Of a DNA stretch of 64,000 nucleotides, positions 1 through 13,450 are shown one piece after another. A program made the translations under genes and the position numbers. Numbering within the stretch: position 1 is the first letter of the stretch; every line of letters begins with the position of its first letter. Origin of the DNA: Azolla caroliniana (taxonomy: Eukaryota > Plantae > Polypodiophyta); the NCBI GenBank assembly GCA_043228905.1, contig JBHGNT010000009.1, forward strand, positions 1,612,001-1,676,000, in the 5' to 3' direction. The notes below the pieces were generated by a model. The model was given only the letters and a program-made list of their open reading frames with translations. It ran no database searches and had not been told where the DNA came from.

Positions 1-605
1 CATAAGAAATAAGATAATGAACATAAAATATCATGTTAAATTGACTCAACAGCCTCAAAACTCTATTAAAACTCTCTCGACAAATTACAACATATCGAGA
101 AATACTTGGTACATTTAAAACATCCTCCTAAATACTTGGTACATATCAATAATCCTTGTACATCACGGATGATGTGCATCCTTTTTTAAAGAAAAAATTA
201 CTCCAAAAATCTAGTGTTTTTTTTCGTTTCTTTTCTTGCAAAGCCATATCTTTTTCTCAACCAAAATTTAGTCTTCTCATCATATACCCCAAAAAATCCT
301 AAACCACTCGATAATCCCACTTTCAATTCAAACCAAGCTCTCTCACACTTTCCAGTGATGTGGCTTAATTATCGAAGCACCACCCCTTTTTGGTAAAATA
401 TTTAGCCCAAAATCAAGAATGCGCCCTAAAAATAGACTTCAGTAATGAACATATACATCTAAGGAAAAGTTAAAAAGAGAGAAATGAAGGAAAAAAAGAA
501 AAAAATAATAAAGAAAAAAGAGAACTTGAGAGAAAATCATTAAAAAGAACTTTTACTTGCCAGAGTAATAAGATGATCTGAAGAAGAAGAACCTTATCAT
601 TCTTC

Positions 606-3136
606 TCACCACCGACCACCTCGTCGTTCCGGAGGAGGAATAACAGAAGGGCGCCCATTACTTGAGTTTCGAGACCATGCATCAGTTGCCCGACCATTTT
701 CCTTCTTCTCACTGGACAAGGTGAGATTCTCAAGTTTCTCTTGTGATTGAATAAGCTCCGCTTTTAGTTCGGCTATGACTTTCTTAGCTTCCTCATCTTC
801 ATCATCATTTTCTTTCCCTTCGCATTCAGCTTCCTTTTCCTTGATTGCGTCTTCTATTCTCTTTATCTCTTCTTTCAAAGAAAGCTCTTCTGAGGTCCTG
901 GGAAAAAACAATCACATAATTTCATTACATTACAGGGTATTACATATACACGCCAAAATCAATTTACAGTGAAATTACAACATGAATCACTTCCATTTAA
1001 AAATTTAGAGATATCTAATGTACTCTATAATTTCCCTCACATACTAAGATAGATTAGCTCTAATCTTTATTCAGATTCCATTTCCTGTTCTAATCTTTCA
1101 GACCGAAAACGTTTTGCGTAGCTTCAAATTCAACAGACATCTGATTACATATTTAAGCTAGGCAAATGCCTCAAACCTCTGATTTGATGATCATGTCTTA
1201 TTTTTACTATTAAATAGCATTTTACTTCTAATCTTATTCAAAACTAATTGAGAGTATACTAATTATATCGAAGATCTTCTCTAGCTATATATGAGGACAA
1301 ATGCACTCTAAACTTACCCCATAAAATAATTACTTCAAAATCATGTGAAAAAAAGTTTCCAATTTGTAACCAAACATTTTTTAACTTCAAATGCTAAAAT
1401 AACTGAAAAAAACTGTAAAATTGTACACTCACTTAGAAACCCCCAAAAGAAGAAAACAACAACAGCTAAAAAGAGTAGGTATTTCCAGCAAAAATTACAA
1501 ATTATAAATACATACATATATATTAGTAGAATACATTGAAAAATGCTTAAAAATAAAAAGAGAAGAATGCATGTCAAACAAATAACTGAGGAAAAATTGT
1601 AAATTATATACCAGTGATGGATAACCAGAAAAGTATACTAATTATAGTCAAGAAGAGATCATGATTTCCATACAGATAGCTAGAAAAGCTTGTGAGTTTT
1701 ACAAAGACTAGCATCCAAACGAGTCACTTATGATCGCATAAACAGTTTTAGAAAGAACAGCATCCAAAAAGCAAAACCAGCAAATTTTCAGAAAGAATAT
1801 CATCCAAAACTAATAGCATCACACAAACAACAATTTTACCATCAAAGAAAAATAACCAGCTAAGTTTTATGAATATCTTCATCCAAAACAAATCAACAAA
1901 AACCATCATTTTTTTGCAATTTAAGAAAATAACTAGCAAAATATTTTTCTACCAAGGCAACCAGCTAACCCAACAGGATTAACAACCAGAGACTAAATAC
2001 CTGTCGACTGATTTCGGGTCTACATCGGTATCGAGATGCCTCCAATTCAACCCTTTTTCCTGCAAAACCACTTCTCGAGGCTTTGCTTCACCAAAAGGAT
2101 TAATTTTACGGGCTGGTTTCTCTATAACCGCTGTTTCTTCAGAGGTCGGCTGATGCTCAAGAGGAGAAGGCTCTTCTTTTGCAACCAAAGGGGCAGAAGT
2201 ATCAGAGGGTTGCTGGGTCCGAGGTTGAAGCACAAGGCGAGGCCTTTCTTTGGAGGCAGAGAGGGGGCGTGAACCATCTCTATCTCGATTCCTTATCCAT
2301 TTATCTCCATCAGCTCCATCCCTATCTCTAGGGAGACCAAAATCCTTATCTCTATTGCTAAATGAATCATAGCTCGGGGCGACAGAAGACCTCTTTGCCG
2401 AGGCCCAATTCTCGACCTCATCCACAACTGATTTGGAGGTGTCAATGCCATTCCGAGCCGAGAAGTCATATTTGGATGAGCGCCGATCACCTGTACTGGC
2501 AGGAGCAGCAGGGGTGAATTTCTTCGAAGAGCCCCAATGGTTGTCCTCATCAGCCTTGGAAGAGGAGAAGTCGCCCATCCTCCGCCGCCCACCAGCATCA
2601 TCATCATACCGCCCTGTGCCTCCACCCATACCAGAGGGAACAAATTTCTTTGTGGCACCCCAATCGTCGACATTGTCAGCCCTGGAGGGCTCATCTCCGG
2701 AATCACGGCCAAAGCCGCTCTCCCGACCGAATCCACCATCGCGGCCTCCGTCCCGATCCGACCTCCTCCCACTGTCTCTATCACCGCCGCTACCACGGAA
2801 ACCGCCATAGTCACGGAAACCACCACCGAGGCCACCAGGAGTGATTTCTTCACCAGATCTATCGCGGGGTCCGGTGGGGAGCATCACCATGTCTTCATAA
2901 GTGAGACCTTTGGAATCGCTAAGAGAAACAGGTTTGGCTGCCATGAACTTGGCGAAAGGGACAGCCTGTGGCTTCTTCTTCTTCGAGGCTTTAGCGCTAG
3001 CTGCTTCACCTAGTGAAGGGAAAGCTGAGGCATCGACAATCGTTGGTAATGGTGGGGGCATGGAGGCCTCTTCTGATTCTGCAAGTTCTGCATCTGCGGC
3101 CCAAGCACCAGCTCCTCCCCATGATTTCTTCGACAT
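606..3136 (-). CDS. eIF4B: Plant-type eukaryotic translation initiation factor 4B, 2 coding exons (3136-2001, 897-606), about 475 aa
   Basis: N-terminus MSKKSWGGAGAWAADAE, then FPSLGEAA, LPTGPRDR, SRADNVDDWG repeats, ERPRLVLQPR, NPFGEAKPREVVLQEKG and a C-terminal ...RW are typical of plant eIF4B. A GT-AG intron at 2000-898 keeps the frame (VDR|TSEEL). Confidence 0.92.
1156..1331. repeat. About 175-bp dispersed repeat in the eIF4B intron; inverted copies at 10911-11086 and 11105-11266
   Basis: The reverse complement of 1156-1331 aligns by eye with 10911-11086 (e.g. tcctcatatatagctagagaagatcttc vs ccctcatatgtagctagaggagatcttc; gaggcatttgcctagct). Confidence 0.85.
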
Positions 3137-3248
3137 AGCTCTAGCCGTGCGTAGGCTCTTCTTCTGTCCTTCGATGAACGATACTTTCTTCTTCTTCTTC
3201 TTCTTCTGTCTCTGTGTGACTCTGTGCGTCTGCCCTGTTTCTTTTCTT

Positions 3249-3285
<37 letters not shown>

Positions 3286-5590
3286 TTCTGCGTTCAAAGA
3301 AAGAAAACCACCACCGCTAGGTCTAGGTAAATGATAATATCAGCAAAATAAAAATAAAAATAAAACACAGATATTAGCAAAATTATTAATCATCAAAAGC
3401 TAAACATTCTATTTTATTTACGTTTCTATACCCCCCCCAGCTATTTATCTGTTCCCTGTTCTTTGCTTTTGCGTTTGCGTTTGCGTTTGCGTTTGCTCTT
3501 TTGCTCCTTGCTCCTTGCTTTTTTGCTCCTGTGTTTGTTGCATTTTGCTTTTCCTCTTCCTTTTTGCTTCTTTTTTGCTCTTTGCTTTTCCTGTTGCTTT
3601 TTGCTTTCCATATTTGGGGCTTTCCGGTAACCCGTGTGCGTTCTTCTTTTAGACACCCCCCCCCCCATCTGTCAGATTCTCTTGCTTTTCTTTCGTAGAC
3701 AAAAGAAGCCTGGAATATCTCAACAAGTTCTCTTGGCTTCGCCTACACTCGTTTGCCATGCCCCCTGCTTGCTTTTTTGTTGCTTTTCGCATAGAGATTC
3801 GTTGCTTCCTAGCATCAAAAATCTTCTTCTTCTTTCTCGACTTGCATCCAAATGAAAGAACCCTACACCTCATGGATTTATCCTATATTTATTTATTTAT
3901 GTTTATCTTTTTATTGCTTTTTGCTTCGAGATTTTTTATATTTGTTGCTTCTCTTTCTTATGATTTCTTGTTTTCGGATTTTTACTTTCCATTGAAGAGA
4001 AAAGAAAATCTAGCTTCAAATGGATTGTATTCTATCCGTGCCTAGTGTTGAACCCCGCTTGTGAGCTAAATCCTAATGATTTATACAAATATACTAAGCT
4101 CTATGTTCTATTATATCAATTCACTAGTCATTATCCATATATCATTGACCAGGTTCAAGTGTGGATAACAATCCATGTACATCCACAACGTGCCAAGTTG
4201 GATTACATGAATTTTTGAAGTAACATGCCAAGTTCCAACCAATCATTTTCATGGTGATTCTTACTAGGACTTGGTTTTATAGATCAATCTTATGCATAAG
4301 TTATAACTAATCGAACACTTGAAAATATTCGAGTTTAACTTTGTTCCTAGGTCTCATTCCACTATTGGATTCTCTTCTGGTGATAACACTCCTCTCACCG
4401 CCTGACTCTTGTTTCCCTGCTATAGGCCCCCTTCTCACTTGCTCCCTACACCCTTCTTTGTAGCACTACTTTTATACTTATTCTTTTACATTTTTATGGT
4501 TATTGAGAATTCTAGTCTTCTTGGAGCTAAAATCTTTAGTTTTGTTTACGATGTATTTTTCCTTATATCTTGTGGTACCTTTTCGTAACAACGAGACCCT
4601 CTTTTTAGAAGTAGCACTCCCCTCGCCACTATACTCTCATTCCCCTTCTCTAGGCCCTCTTCTCACTCACTACTTGCACTCTTCTTGTTGGTAGCTCACC
4701 TCTAACCCCTGACTTACTCTCTCTCTCCCACTATGTTGTCACCCTTGACACACCTCTCACTCGTAGATCTCTTGTCATTGTTAGGCTTTCCCCGATCCTT
4801 TATTGATAAATTTATTTCCACCTACTTCCTCACAGATACAATTGTTCTTCCTTGGCCTTCCTTAAACTACCTATATACAAATTATTGTTCCACTTTCTCC
4901 TTGCAACCAAACATGTCCCACTGCTGCCCATATAAGTTGTCTTGAAGCTCAAGACATTCTTGACACAAGTTAGAGCCTCACAAGCTCTTCTTCCTTCTCT
5001 AATTTGGTGTGTAGGGTTTAAGGTTTAGTGAGGACAAGGAAAACATGTTTAATGTTTTCTGTCAATGTTCTTGAGCACATTAAAATCTCAAAAAACTCAT
5101 ATGAATTGCCTATAGAAGTTTGAGACCCCCCCAACAAGCATTGAACATCCTCAACATGAGCCACAATTTCCCAAGCTTTGGAGACGTGATTGTGTGCAAG
5201 GACATTAAATTACAACACTTGTGTTGGACAAGCATGAAGGATCCCTAAGAGAAGAAAGTCGAGGGCTTGTTTACAACTAAGTTTGCAAACTTTATTTCGA
5301 TTATTTTGTTCACACAAAACATTTTGATAATATCACGAAGTAGTTTGAATTTAACACAAGTAGCAAAAGCACATTGGTTACAATCTTCCTCTAGAGTAAT
5401 GTGCATCAACAACAAAAAATCCAAAATTTCTAAAGTAACCACAATATATGGACAATGAATATGTGCATCCATATATACATATTACATATATCCTTCCATC
5501 GAAGGCACACGAGACATGGTCGGTTATGTGGTTCGATCGGAGTTGTGGAAGTCGAAGGGCAAGGGACCAATTTTCATGCACCAAGAGACA

Positions 5591-5829
5591 AAACACATGG
5601 GTTGTATCCCCGATCGACCAACGTATAGCTAACTCATGAATATAACAACTTGACAACCGAAGAGAAATAATCTCAACAATTTTCACTTCGATTGAAAGAA
5701 CACATAACAAAACACATGGGTTGTATCCCCGATCGACCAACGTATAGGTAACTCACGAATATAACACAACTTGACAACCGAAGAGAAATAATCTCAAGAA
5801 TTTTCACTTTGATTGAAAGAACACATAAA
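5591..5829. repeat. Two tandem copies of an approximately 120-bp unit upstream of eIF4A
   Basis: aacacatgggttgtatccccgatcgaccaacgtatag...gattgaaagaacacataa occurs twice, nearly identical. Confidence 0.9.
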
Positions 5830-6038
5830 CCTCCCCCCCAATCCAGAAATGAGCAAAGATTGCGTATGTGAATAGACTTTAGTTTTGGGTGTGTGTGAGT
5901 GTGACAAAGCCTCTGCATACTTCTCTCCTCTTCCTTTGCTCTGTTCCTCCACCATCGCCATCGCCATCGCCATCCGCATCTCCATCTCTCCCTTCTTTCT
6001 TCCTTCTCTTTCGAGCTCCGCTGTTCCTTCTTGCTTCC

Positions 6039-8729
6039 ATGGCTTCTGCTTCAGATAGTTATGATCCTCAAAGCTTCGACGCCAAGATGGAACAAGCGTA
6101 AGTACTCTTTATTCTGTCTCCCGCACTCTGTGTCTTTCTAGATCTAGCTCGTTCTTAACGTAAATTATTATTATTCTTTTTGTGATTTTTATTATGATTT
6201 TTTCTTCTTCTGCCTTGTGAAGTGATAAAAGGACAGATTTCCCGCCAATTTGTGCCTTGGTAAAATTTGGAACCTTTCCCATGCTAGGGTTTTCGTAAAG
6301 TTGAGACTTTTGATATATTACAATTCTCGTACTTTAGAACCTTTTTTCATATAGGCTTCCGTACATTGGTAGAAGTAAGAAAATTGGCATATTAGGGTTA
6401 GATTTCGGGTAGTACAATTTAGAAACCTTTTTATGCTGGATTTTTATTTGTGCTGTTATAGTTTAGCACAGATGCTGGGTTTTTATTTGTGCAGTTGTAA
6501 ATTTCAACCTTCGACATTAGGTCATCCTGTGGAACATATAACTCTTTCCATTAGGTCCTCTGTGTGCAATGATGTACTAGAAGCCTGTTTGTAAATTGTA
6601 CGTTTTTTGGGTTTTGTGAAATAATGGATGTGCCACTGGCACTTTGTTCGGCAACATGGATCAATGGTGTCATACCGTGCAATGACAGCGTTTTGGGGGT
6701 AATATGTGGTTAAAATGGCTTGAATTTCAACGTGTTTGAAAACATTTCACCAGATTTTGTAATATGGATGTTTCGAAGATTTCAAGAAAAATCCGTAATT
6801 ATACTCAGAACGCTAGCCAAAAATAATCTAATTGCGATAAAGAGTTCAGAGAACAGAACCTTTCCATTCAATTTTTGTTCTGCAGTGATAAGCAATTCTA
6901 ACACTGTTCTGATGTTTTTGTTGTCGTGGTGAATTTATGTTCGACTAACATGAAACTCAACTTTCTGTTGGCTCCGAAAATAAGAAACATGTGTATACAT
7001 ATATATGTCAATAATGTACACATATTCTCTTTACAGTCTTACAGGCGATGGAGATGAGGTAAGCTCAACCTGGAATGAGGTATGCGAAAGTTTTGATGAA
7101 ATGGGTCTCCATGAGAACCTCCTCAGAGGCATATATGCTTATGGTAAATCTAATTTCTTCTTTGATATAAATCAATATTGAGGATATATTCTCTCATATT
7201 CAAATAAAACCAATTTAAAAAACTAATTACAGCTATCTAAATAAACTACCTTGCTAATTTAGGTTTTGAGAAGCCGTCTGCTATCCAACAGAGGGGCATT
7301 GTACCTTTTGCCAAGGGTTATGATGTAATCCAACAAGCTCAATCAGGTACGGGAAAGACAGCCACATTTTGCTCTGGAATTCTTCAACAATTGGATTATA
7401 ATCTATTTGAGTGCCAAGCACTTGTATTGGCACCTACCCGAGAACTTGCACAACAAATCGAGAAGGTAATGAGAGCTCTTGGTGACTACCTCCAAGTGAA
7501 AGTACATGCTTGTGTGGGGGGGACTAGTGTTAGAGAAGATATCCGGATTCTTCAAAATGGAGTACATGTAGTTGTTGGGACCCCGGGACGAGTCTATGAT
7601 ATGCTTCGCCGTGTCTCTCTTCGTCCTGATCATATCAAGATTTTTGTTCTTGATGAAGCTGATGAGATGCTCTCGCGGGGTTTCAAGGACCAGGTAAGGA
7701 TTCAATGGACTATGAAATGTGAAATACGGTGCTATCACTATTGTTTTAATCTGTGATAAGCTTTTGACCGACTCTTCACCTGCCAATTATTGGACATATG
7801 AAGGTTTGTAAATCCCAAAACCTTAACACTAACCCTGAAATCTAAAATCGAAACACTAACCTTAACCCTTGTCCTAAAACCCAAACCTACCCATGCCCCA
7901 TAATCCATACTCCGCAACATTAACGTTAAACCCAAGCGGTAAATTCAAACCCTAAACTCTAAAACCCATCACCTATACACTAAACTCTGGATCCTAACTA
8001 TAACACAACTTGAAAACCCAAACCTTAAAAATTTTAAATGCTGAACCTAAAACCTTGAATAAAGCTAAACCAATCTTTATTTCTGGGATGTAGATCTATG
8101 ATATATTTCAGCTTCTCCCACAGAAGCTACAAGTGGGAGTGTTTTCGGCCACAATGCCTCCCGAGGCGCTTGAAATCACCCGGAAGTTCATGAATAAACC
8201 TGTGAGGATCCTTGTAAAGAGAGATGAGCTCACCTTGGAGGGTATAAAACAATTCTATGTAGATGTGACAAAAGAGGAGTGGAAGCTTGACACCCTGTGT
8301 GATCTCTATGAGACTCTTGCGATCACCCAAAGTGTCATCTTTGTCAATACCAGAAGGAAAGTGGATTGGCTTACCGATCAAATGCGTGTGAGAGATCACA
8401 CTGTCTCAGCGACTCATGGAGATATGGACCAAAATACACGAGATATAATCATGCGTGAATTTAGGTCAGGGTCGTCGAGAGTACTTATCACTACCGATCT
8501 TTTGGCTCGTGGAATTGATGTTCAACAAGTGTCATTAGTGATAAACTATGATCTCCCCACACAACCCGAGAATTATCTTCATCGTATTGGACGAGGTGGA
8601 AGGTTTGGGCGCAAAGGTGTGGCTATCAATTTCGTTACCAATGAAGACTTGAGGATGTTGCAAGATATACAAAGGTTTTACAATGTAACAATCGAAGAGC
8701 TTCCCAACAATGTAGCTGATCTTATATGA
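6039..8729 (+). CDS. eIF4A: DEAD-box RNA helicase eIF4A, 4 coding exons (6039-6097, 7037-7143, 7263-7693, 8094-8729)
   Basis: [12 protein letters not shown] (Q motif), [31 protein letters not shown] and [10 protein letters not shown] are all present. All introns are GT-AG with consistent phases. Confidence 0.97.
7810..8070 (+). repeat. Degenerate telomere-like (AAACCCT-type) tract in eIF4A intron 3
   Basis: Many imperfect aaaccct/aaccttaa/aaacccaa units, including a perfect aaaccctaa near 7947. Confidence 0.65.
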
Positions 8730-10910
8730 TGATAAAAATTGTAGTCTATAGGGTTTGCAAAGATGTCTGAATTACTTTTCTTCGAATCTTTTTGTTTTGT
8801 TATGGTTGTATAGACATAAAAGTACAAAACAACCGATGTACTGTCGTTTCTATCTTGAGCTTTAGTTTTCTATTTGAAGGGATAGTAGATAGCTTTATCC
8901 TTTAACATTTTGGAGTGGGATATGGTGTTTTTCGTCTTGCTAACTTGACTTGTTTTTTATGACAAAAAAAATGCATTCAGTGTATAATTAATGGGGTAAG
9001 TGCCAGAGGTCACATTCATCCAATTAGATATATTGTTGTGAGACTAATTTTTATGTTTGGTTAGATTTGTGCTGACATTGTCCTCAAATGACTTTTGTAT
9101 GGTTCCATCTTTTAATAATAAATTTATTCTTGTAAAGCTCATATTATGTGTGCTGAGAGTTTTGAATGCGCCAAGATCGATTGTGATGACCCTTGAGATT
9201 AATCGGTAATTAGTCTCCTAATAATCAAAATATTGAAGACCATAGTGAATGACAATACAAAAGGATGTGATTTGTAGCGCTAAGTTGCTATGATTAACAA
9301 ATGTGATCCTTGATATCAAACTTTCAATGCTTTTAATGCTATAACTTGAAAACATTATTGACATGCAATTTACCAACCATTAATAGCAGTATATGATATC
9401 AGAAAGAAGGTGGATTGATAAAGAGAAAGACAAGGCGCTAGGTTAGCATTAATCTTACAAGCCATTGATTGCAAGAGCTAGAAATTCATGTTCATTGTTA
9501 ACAATCTCTTCCTACACAACCATTATCCAAGGGGAACATATTAATAAGCAAGAGATAAAAGACCATTCTTTTGTGACAATTGTTAGAAGTTAAAGATATT
9601 TCCTTCCGTAGAGGATTCAATCATTATAATCAATAATTGAGTTTGATGGGTGTCACACCTGAGTAAGGCCTTCAACAACAAATTCACAAGTTATGAAGGA
9701 ATGTGATAGGAGAAATTTGTTCATCCATAAGGACATCAATATTGTTAAGTGAATCTGAAGTGTGGCCTTTTTTGGTTGAGAGGTGCTTATTACTCTTAGT
9801 GCAAGCATGTATACCAAATAAAACAAGTAAAGGTTATAGACAGCGGTACAAAAAAACTATTACAATTAATCAATGCATAACTCCCAATGCTTGGTGCTGG
9901 TTTGGATCTCTAAAAGCTAATAGATTTATGAGCATTAAATTTTATGTACGTTGATTCAAGTTTACCTATACACCAACAATTTTGTAAAGAAACTGTTCAC
10001 TTTAAGAAAGGCCTTACAAAAAACACTTAATATATACTGTATTGCATTAAGAAGGCAATGCTATTCAGTTCCAACAAGACTTGGATTGTGAAAGTGAATT
10101 GTAAAGTCTCTTTGCAACAAAAAAGATGACATTTTTTGACAATTAATACAAGTACATTAGATGCATTGTATGAGACTTATGGAACATGGCTCCAAAGCAT
10201 GAACTTTACCACTATGACCACTATGTTGTCATGGTTGTCCAGAAATCTCAAACATTTTGCCTAAGTGAAGATTGTGATCTATAGGAAACGCTTATGTCAT
10301 CTCAAGTTAGTAGGGAGCGTTTATTGGAAGATCATTTAACTTAATCTTTAAGATAACTCACAACTATCAAGATCTTATACTATTGACTATGACCCAATAG
10401 AACCTTTTTGAACAATGTGTCTCTTGCTACACAATTTGAATATTCTTTGATCCCAACTCATCCAATATTTTTAACATGCAATATGTCAACCTAGGTTATG
10501 GGTTTGTAAATAGTCTAAAATTTAATTTCTAATATAGGATAAAACCAATGTTTTTATATACAACGATGTTGTTCAAATATATACACTACATGTACATAGA
10601 GAAGGTGAGAGACTAGAATCATAAAAGGTTCACAAATCATCCACCAATGAGATATATCATTTACCTAGGTCCTAGGTATAATAACACATGATTGGAGGAT
10701 AAGTGTTCTCCCTTTAAGATCTTCACAAAGGCCGAGGTTGGTGAAAATCATGATATTGGTGGATTGGCTAATTAATTTCCCTTCAAAATGTGAAGTATTT
10801 ATTTGGCACATGTTGGTAGGCGAGCTTCTGGTTGCAACCATTTCAAGGGACAACCCCTCACTTTGTAACGGCATATAGTAATGTCGAAGTTTTTGAGGAA
10901 GACGAGAACA

Positions 10911-11266
10911 AATTATTTTATGGGTGAAGTTTAGAACACATTTTCCCTCATATGTAGCTAGAGGAGATCTTCAATATAATTAGTATATTCTCAATTAGTT
11001 TTGAATAAGACTAGAAGGAAAATGCTATTTTAGAGTAAAGATTAGACATGATCATGAAATCAAAGGTTTGAGGCATTTGCCTAGCTAAATCAGTTTGAAA
11101 ATGATTATGGGCGAAGTTTAGAACACATTTGCCCTCATATGTAGCTAGAGAAGATCTTCAATATAATTAGTGTATTCTCAATTAATTTTGAATAAGTCTA
11201 GAAGGAAAATGCTATTTAAGAGTAAAGATTAGACATGATCATGAAATCAGAGGTTTGATGCATTTG
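10911..11266. repeat. Two tandem copies of the approximately 175-bp repeat also found inverted in the eIF4B intron
   Basis: 10911-11086 and 11105-11266 are near-identical to each other. Confidence 0.85.
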
Positions 11267-11349
11267 AGACATTCTGAATCCACTTATTCACAACAAAATA
11301 TGCATAGTTGATGAGTTCCCTCATGCCTTAACACGCTATTCTTATATCA

Positions 11350-13450
11350 AAGAGAATGTGAGTTAAGTTGTATCGAAGCAACGGTGTTGATGAAGGATAA
11401 ACATATAGGCTCTCTAGCATGTATCAATGAGTGTGGTCTCCTAATTCTCAGAAGATGGTTTTGTAGTTTGGTGTAACATATGTAATCTAGTGTGTGTAAT
11501 ATGGGTGTCCACATCTTTCCCACGGTGAGATATGTTGGTGTTCCAAAGAAGCCTTGTTCATGGAGACACACCATAAAGCAAATATGATGCATTCCATTCC
11601 AAACCATTTCTTCATATCTTCTATTAATCTATAATAATTTGGGAGAGCGAGAGAAGACATTTATAAGAGGCTGATATTGTCTTATGAGAAATTCATGATT
11701 ACAAATAGGTTTTCTAAAGCTCCATGATCATGACCATAATGGATGCAATGATATGATTTTGGAGATGGTTTACAAGGATGAAGTGCATAATCAATATGTA
11801 CAGCATTATTTGTATCAATGAGTGACTCAATTCTCGAAAACAAAAGTGATAGAGATGCACCCATTCGTGCTTGCAATGCGACTCCTAGATTTATGTAGGA
11901 ATACCATGACTTGAAACTTCAATGGCTTGCAATCTTGATAGGTCAAGACAACTTGTTTGTGAGTTGGCACGGATGGTAGAAAATCATGGCTTTAGTCTTT
12001 CCTAGGTTTATCCCGAGTCCTTTCTTGTAGCAGAACCATCTTAGGCATTGAGATGATGTTGTAGACCATCATGATAAATTTAGACACTAAGATTATGTCA
12101 TTAGCATTAAAATGAATGTGGACAAGTGTGATGTACTCCATTACCTTGATATACAATGTAACAAGAGTAGGGGAGAGTGGGTATCCTTGCTTCACACCAA
12201 TGATTCTTGTTATTACCTTCGGTAGCCCTTTGGACACCTAACTCATCCTAGCACTTGCTCATATACTGCTTGCATATATAGGCCACATCATGTGAGGTAA
12301 TTTTGAGTGCACAAAGTCTTTGTAGGAGATTTTCCCTTGGTATTTTGCAGAAATCTACAAAGCATCCATAAAATCACTTGCTTGTGGCTTGGCTTGATCC
12401 GCCAAGGAACGTAATGTATGGATGTGGTTGGTGGTAGATAAAGCTCTCTTATACCCCATTTGGCCAAGGGCTCATATATCTTTGACCTTCGCAGTTTAGT
12501 CCACTTCAGGCACCACTCCATGATAGTCTGATAATTTGGAGGGGCCCCACAATAGTGTGCATGGTCCCATTGAACATGTGTGCAATGATAGGGGCAACTG
12601 TGATTGTTGGATACACTTGGGTATCTCGTCTCTTTTTGTGTATGTGGGAGCACTTGCCATCATGCTCATGAATGTAAATGTGGAAATGTGCATGTAGTCC
12701 TACGTGGACAGATAATCATCCATGCTGAAGGTTCCTCGTTGCTTTCTCAACCTCATCTGAGGTGAAGGTGGATGTAGCAATGCTTACAATAAGAGGAGTT
12801 GGTAGGAGGATATAGTATAAACTTTCTACATAGGAATACCATAGGTGTGGATCCTTGATCTACGTCAGGGTTTAAGATTGTTTAATGTGTTGTCAAATAA
12901 TGGCTGAATCCTTATGAAAAGGCGGTATAAATCCCAATATTGCGCTTCCTCATAAGTGAGCCTTTCTTTGACATGTAAAAGTTATTTTCTTGCACGCTAA
13001 TTTGTTGCATAATTTCTCCAAGCTACTGATACATCTCTTTACATTCCTCATCATACTGATGATTTTGGGGCATATTCCCAAGCATGTGGTGTTTGAATGG
13101 TGTGGTAATGGAAATTAATGATAGCAACAGGCATGTACTACAATAGGGACTTGGGAGATGAGGGCATTGAGGGATGTGGTTGGGTCTAGATGGTAACATT
13201 TTGGCTGGACATTTCAACTATAAGTTTATGTTAAATCATGTGTAAGATGCCAAGTCCATATGGGTATCCTCATACAGATCATATATGGAAAGCAATGATC
13301 TCCATGATATCGTGATGGTATTGTCCATGCAACATGTGATCTCCTTGGCACATTGTTGACAGAGGTGTTTGTCTATGGGAGAAGTCAATGATGTATGATG
13401 TGCGCATCCTATGTGCTAATATAATGGCCCATTCCCTATGCTTCTGAATG
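11350..13450 (-). mobile_element. Decayed non-LTR (LINE) retrotransposon, reverse transcriptase remnant; boundaries approximate
   Basis: Minus-strand IIGVKQGYPLSPTL matches the LINE RT GVKQGCPLSP motif. A CFVDF-like segment lies near 12350-12380. Many stops and frameshifts. Confidence 0.7.

Noticed and set aside
2036-3320. Several overlapping ORFs antisense or out of frame to eIF4B exon 1
   Set aside because: Expected shadow ORFs of a GC-rich coding exon; no independent motifs.
4380-5000. Pyrimidine-rich stretch that might be a retroelement gag/ORF1 remnant
   Set aside because: No intact zinc knuckle or other diagnostic motif could be read.
7585-7605. eIF4A TPGRVYD (Tyr at the rocaglate-contact position) and motif [12 protein letters not shown]
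   Set aside because: Both are conservative variants seen in other eIF4A proteins; no evidence of a special function.
9170-10900. Possible TE-derived sequence downstream of eIF4A
   Set aside because: Too degenerate to assign by eye.
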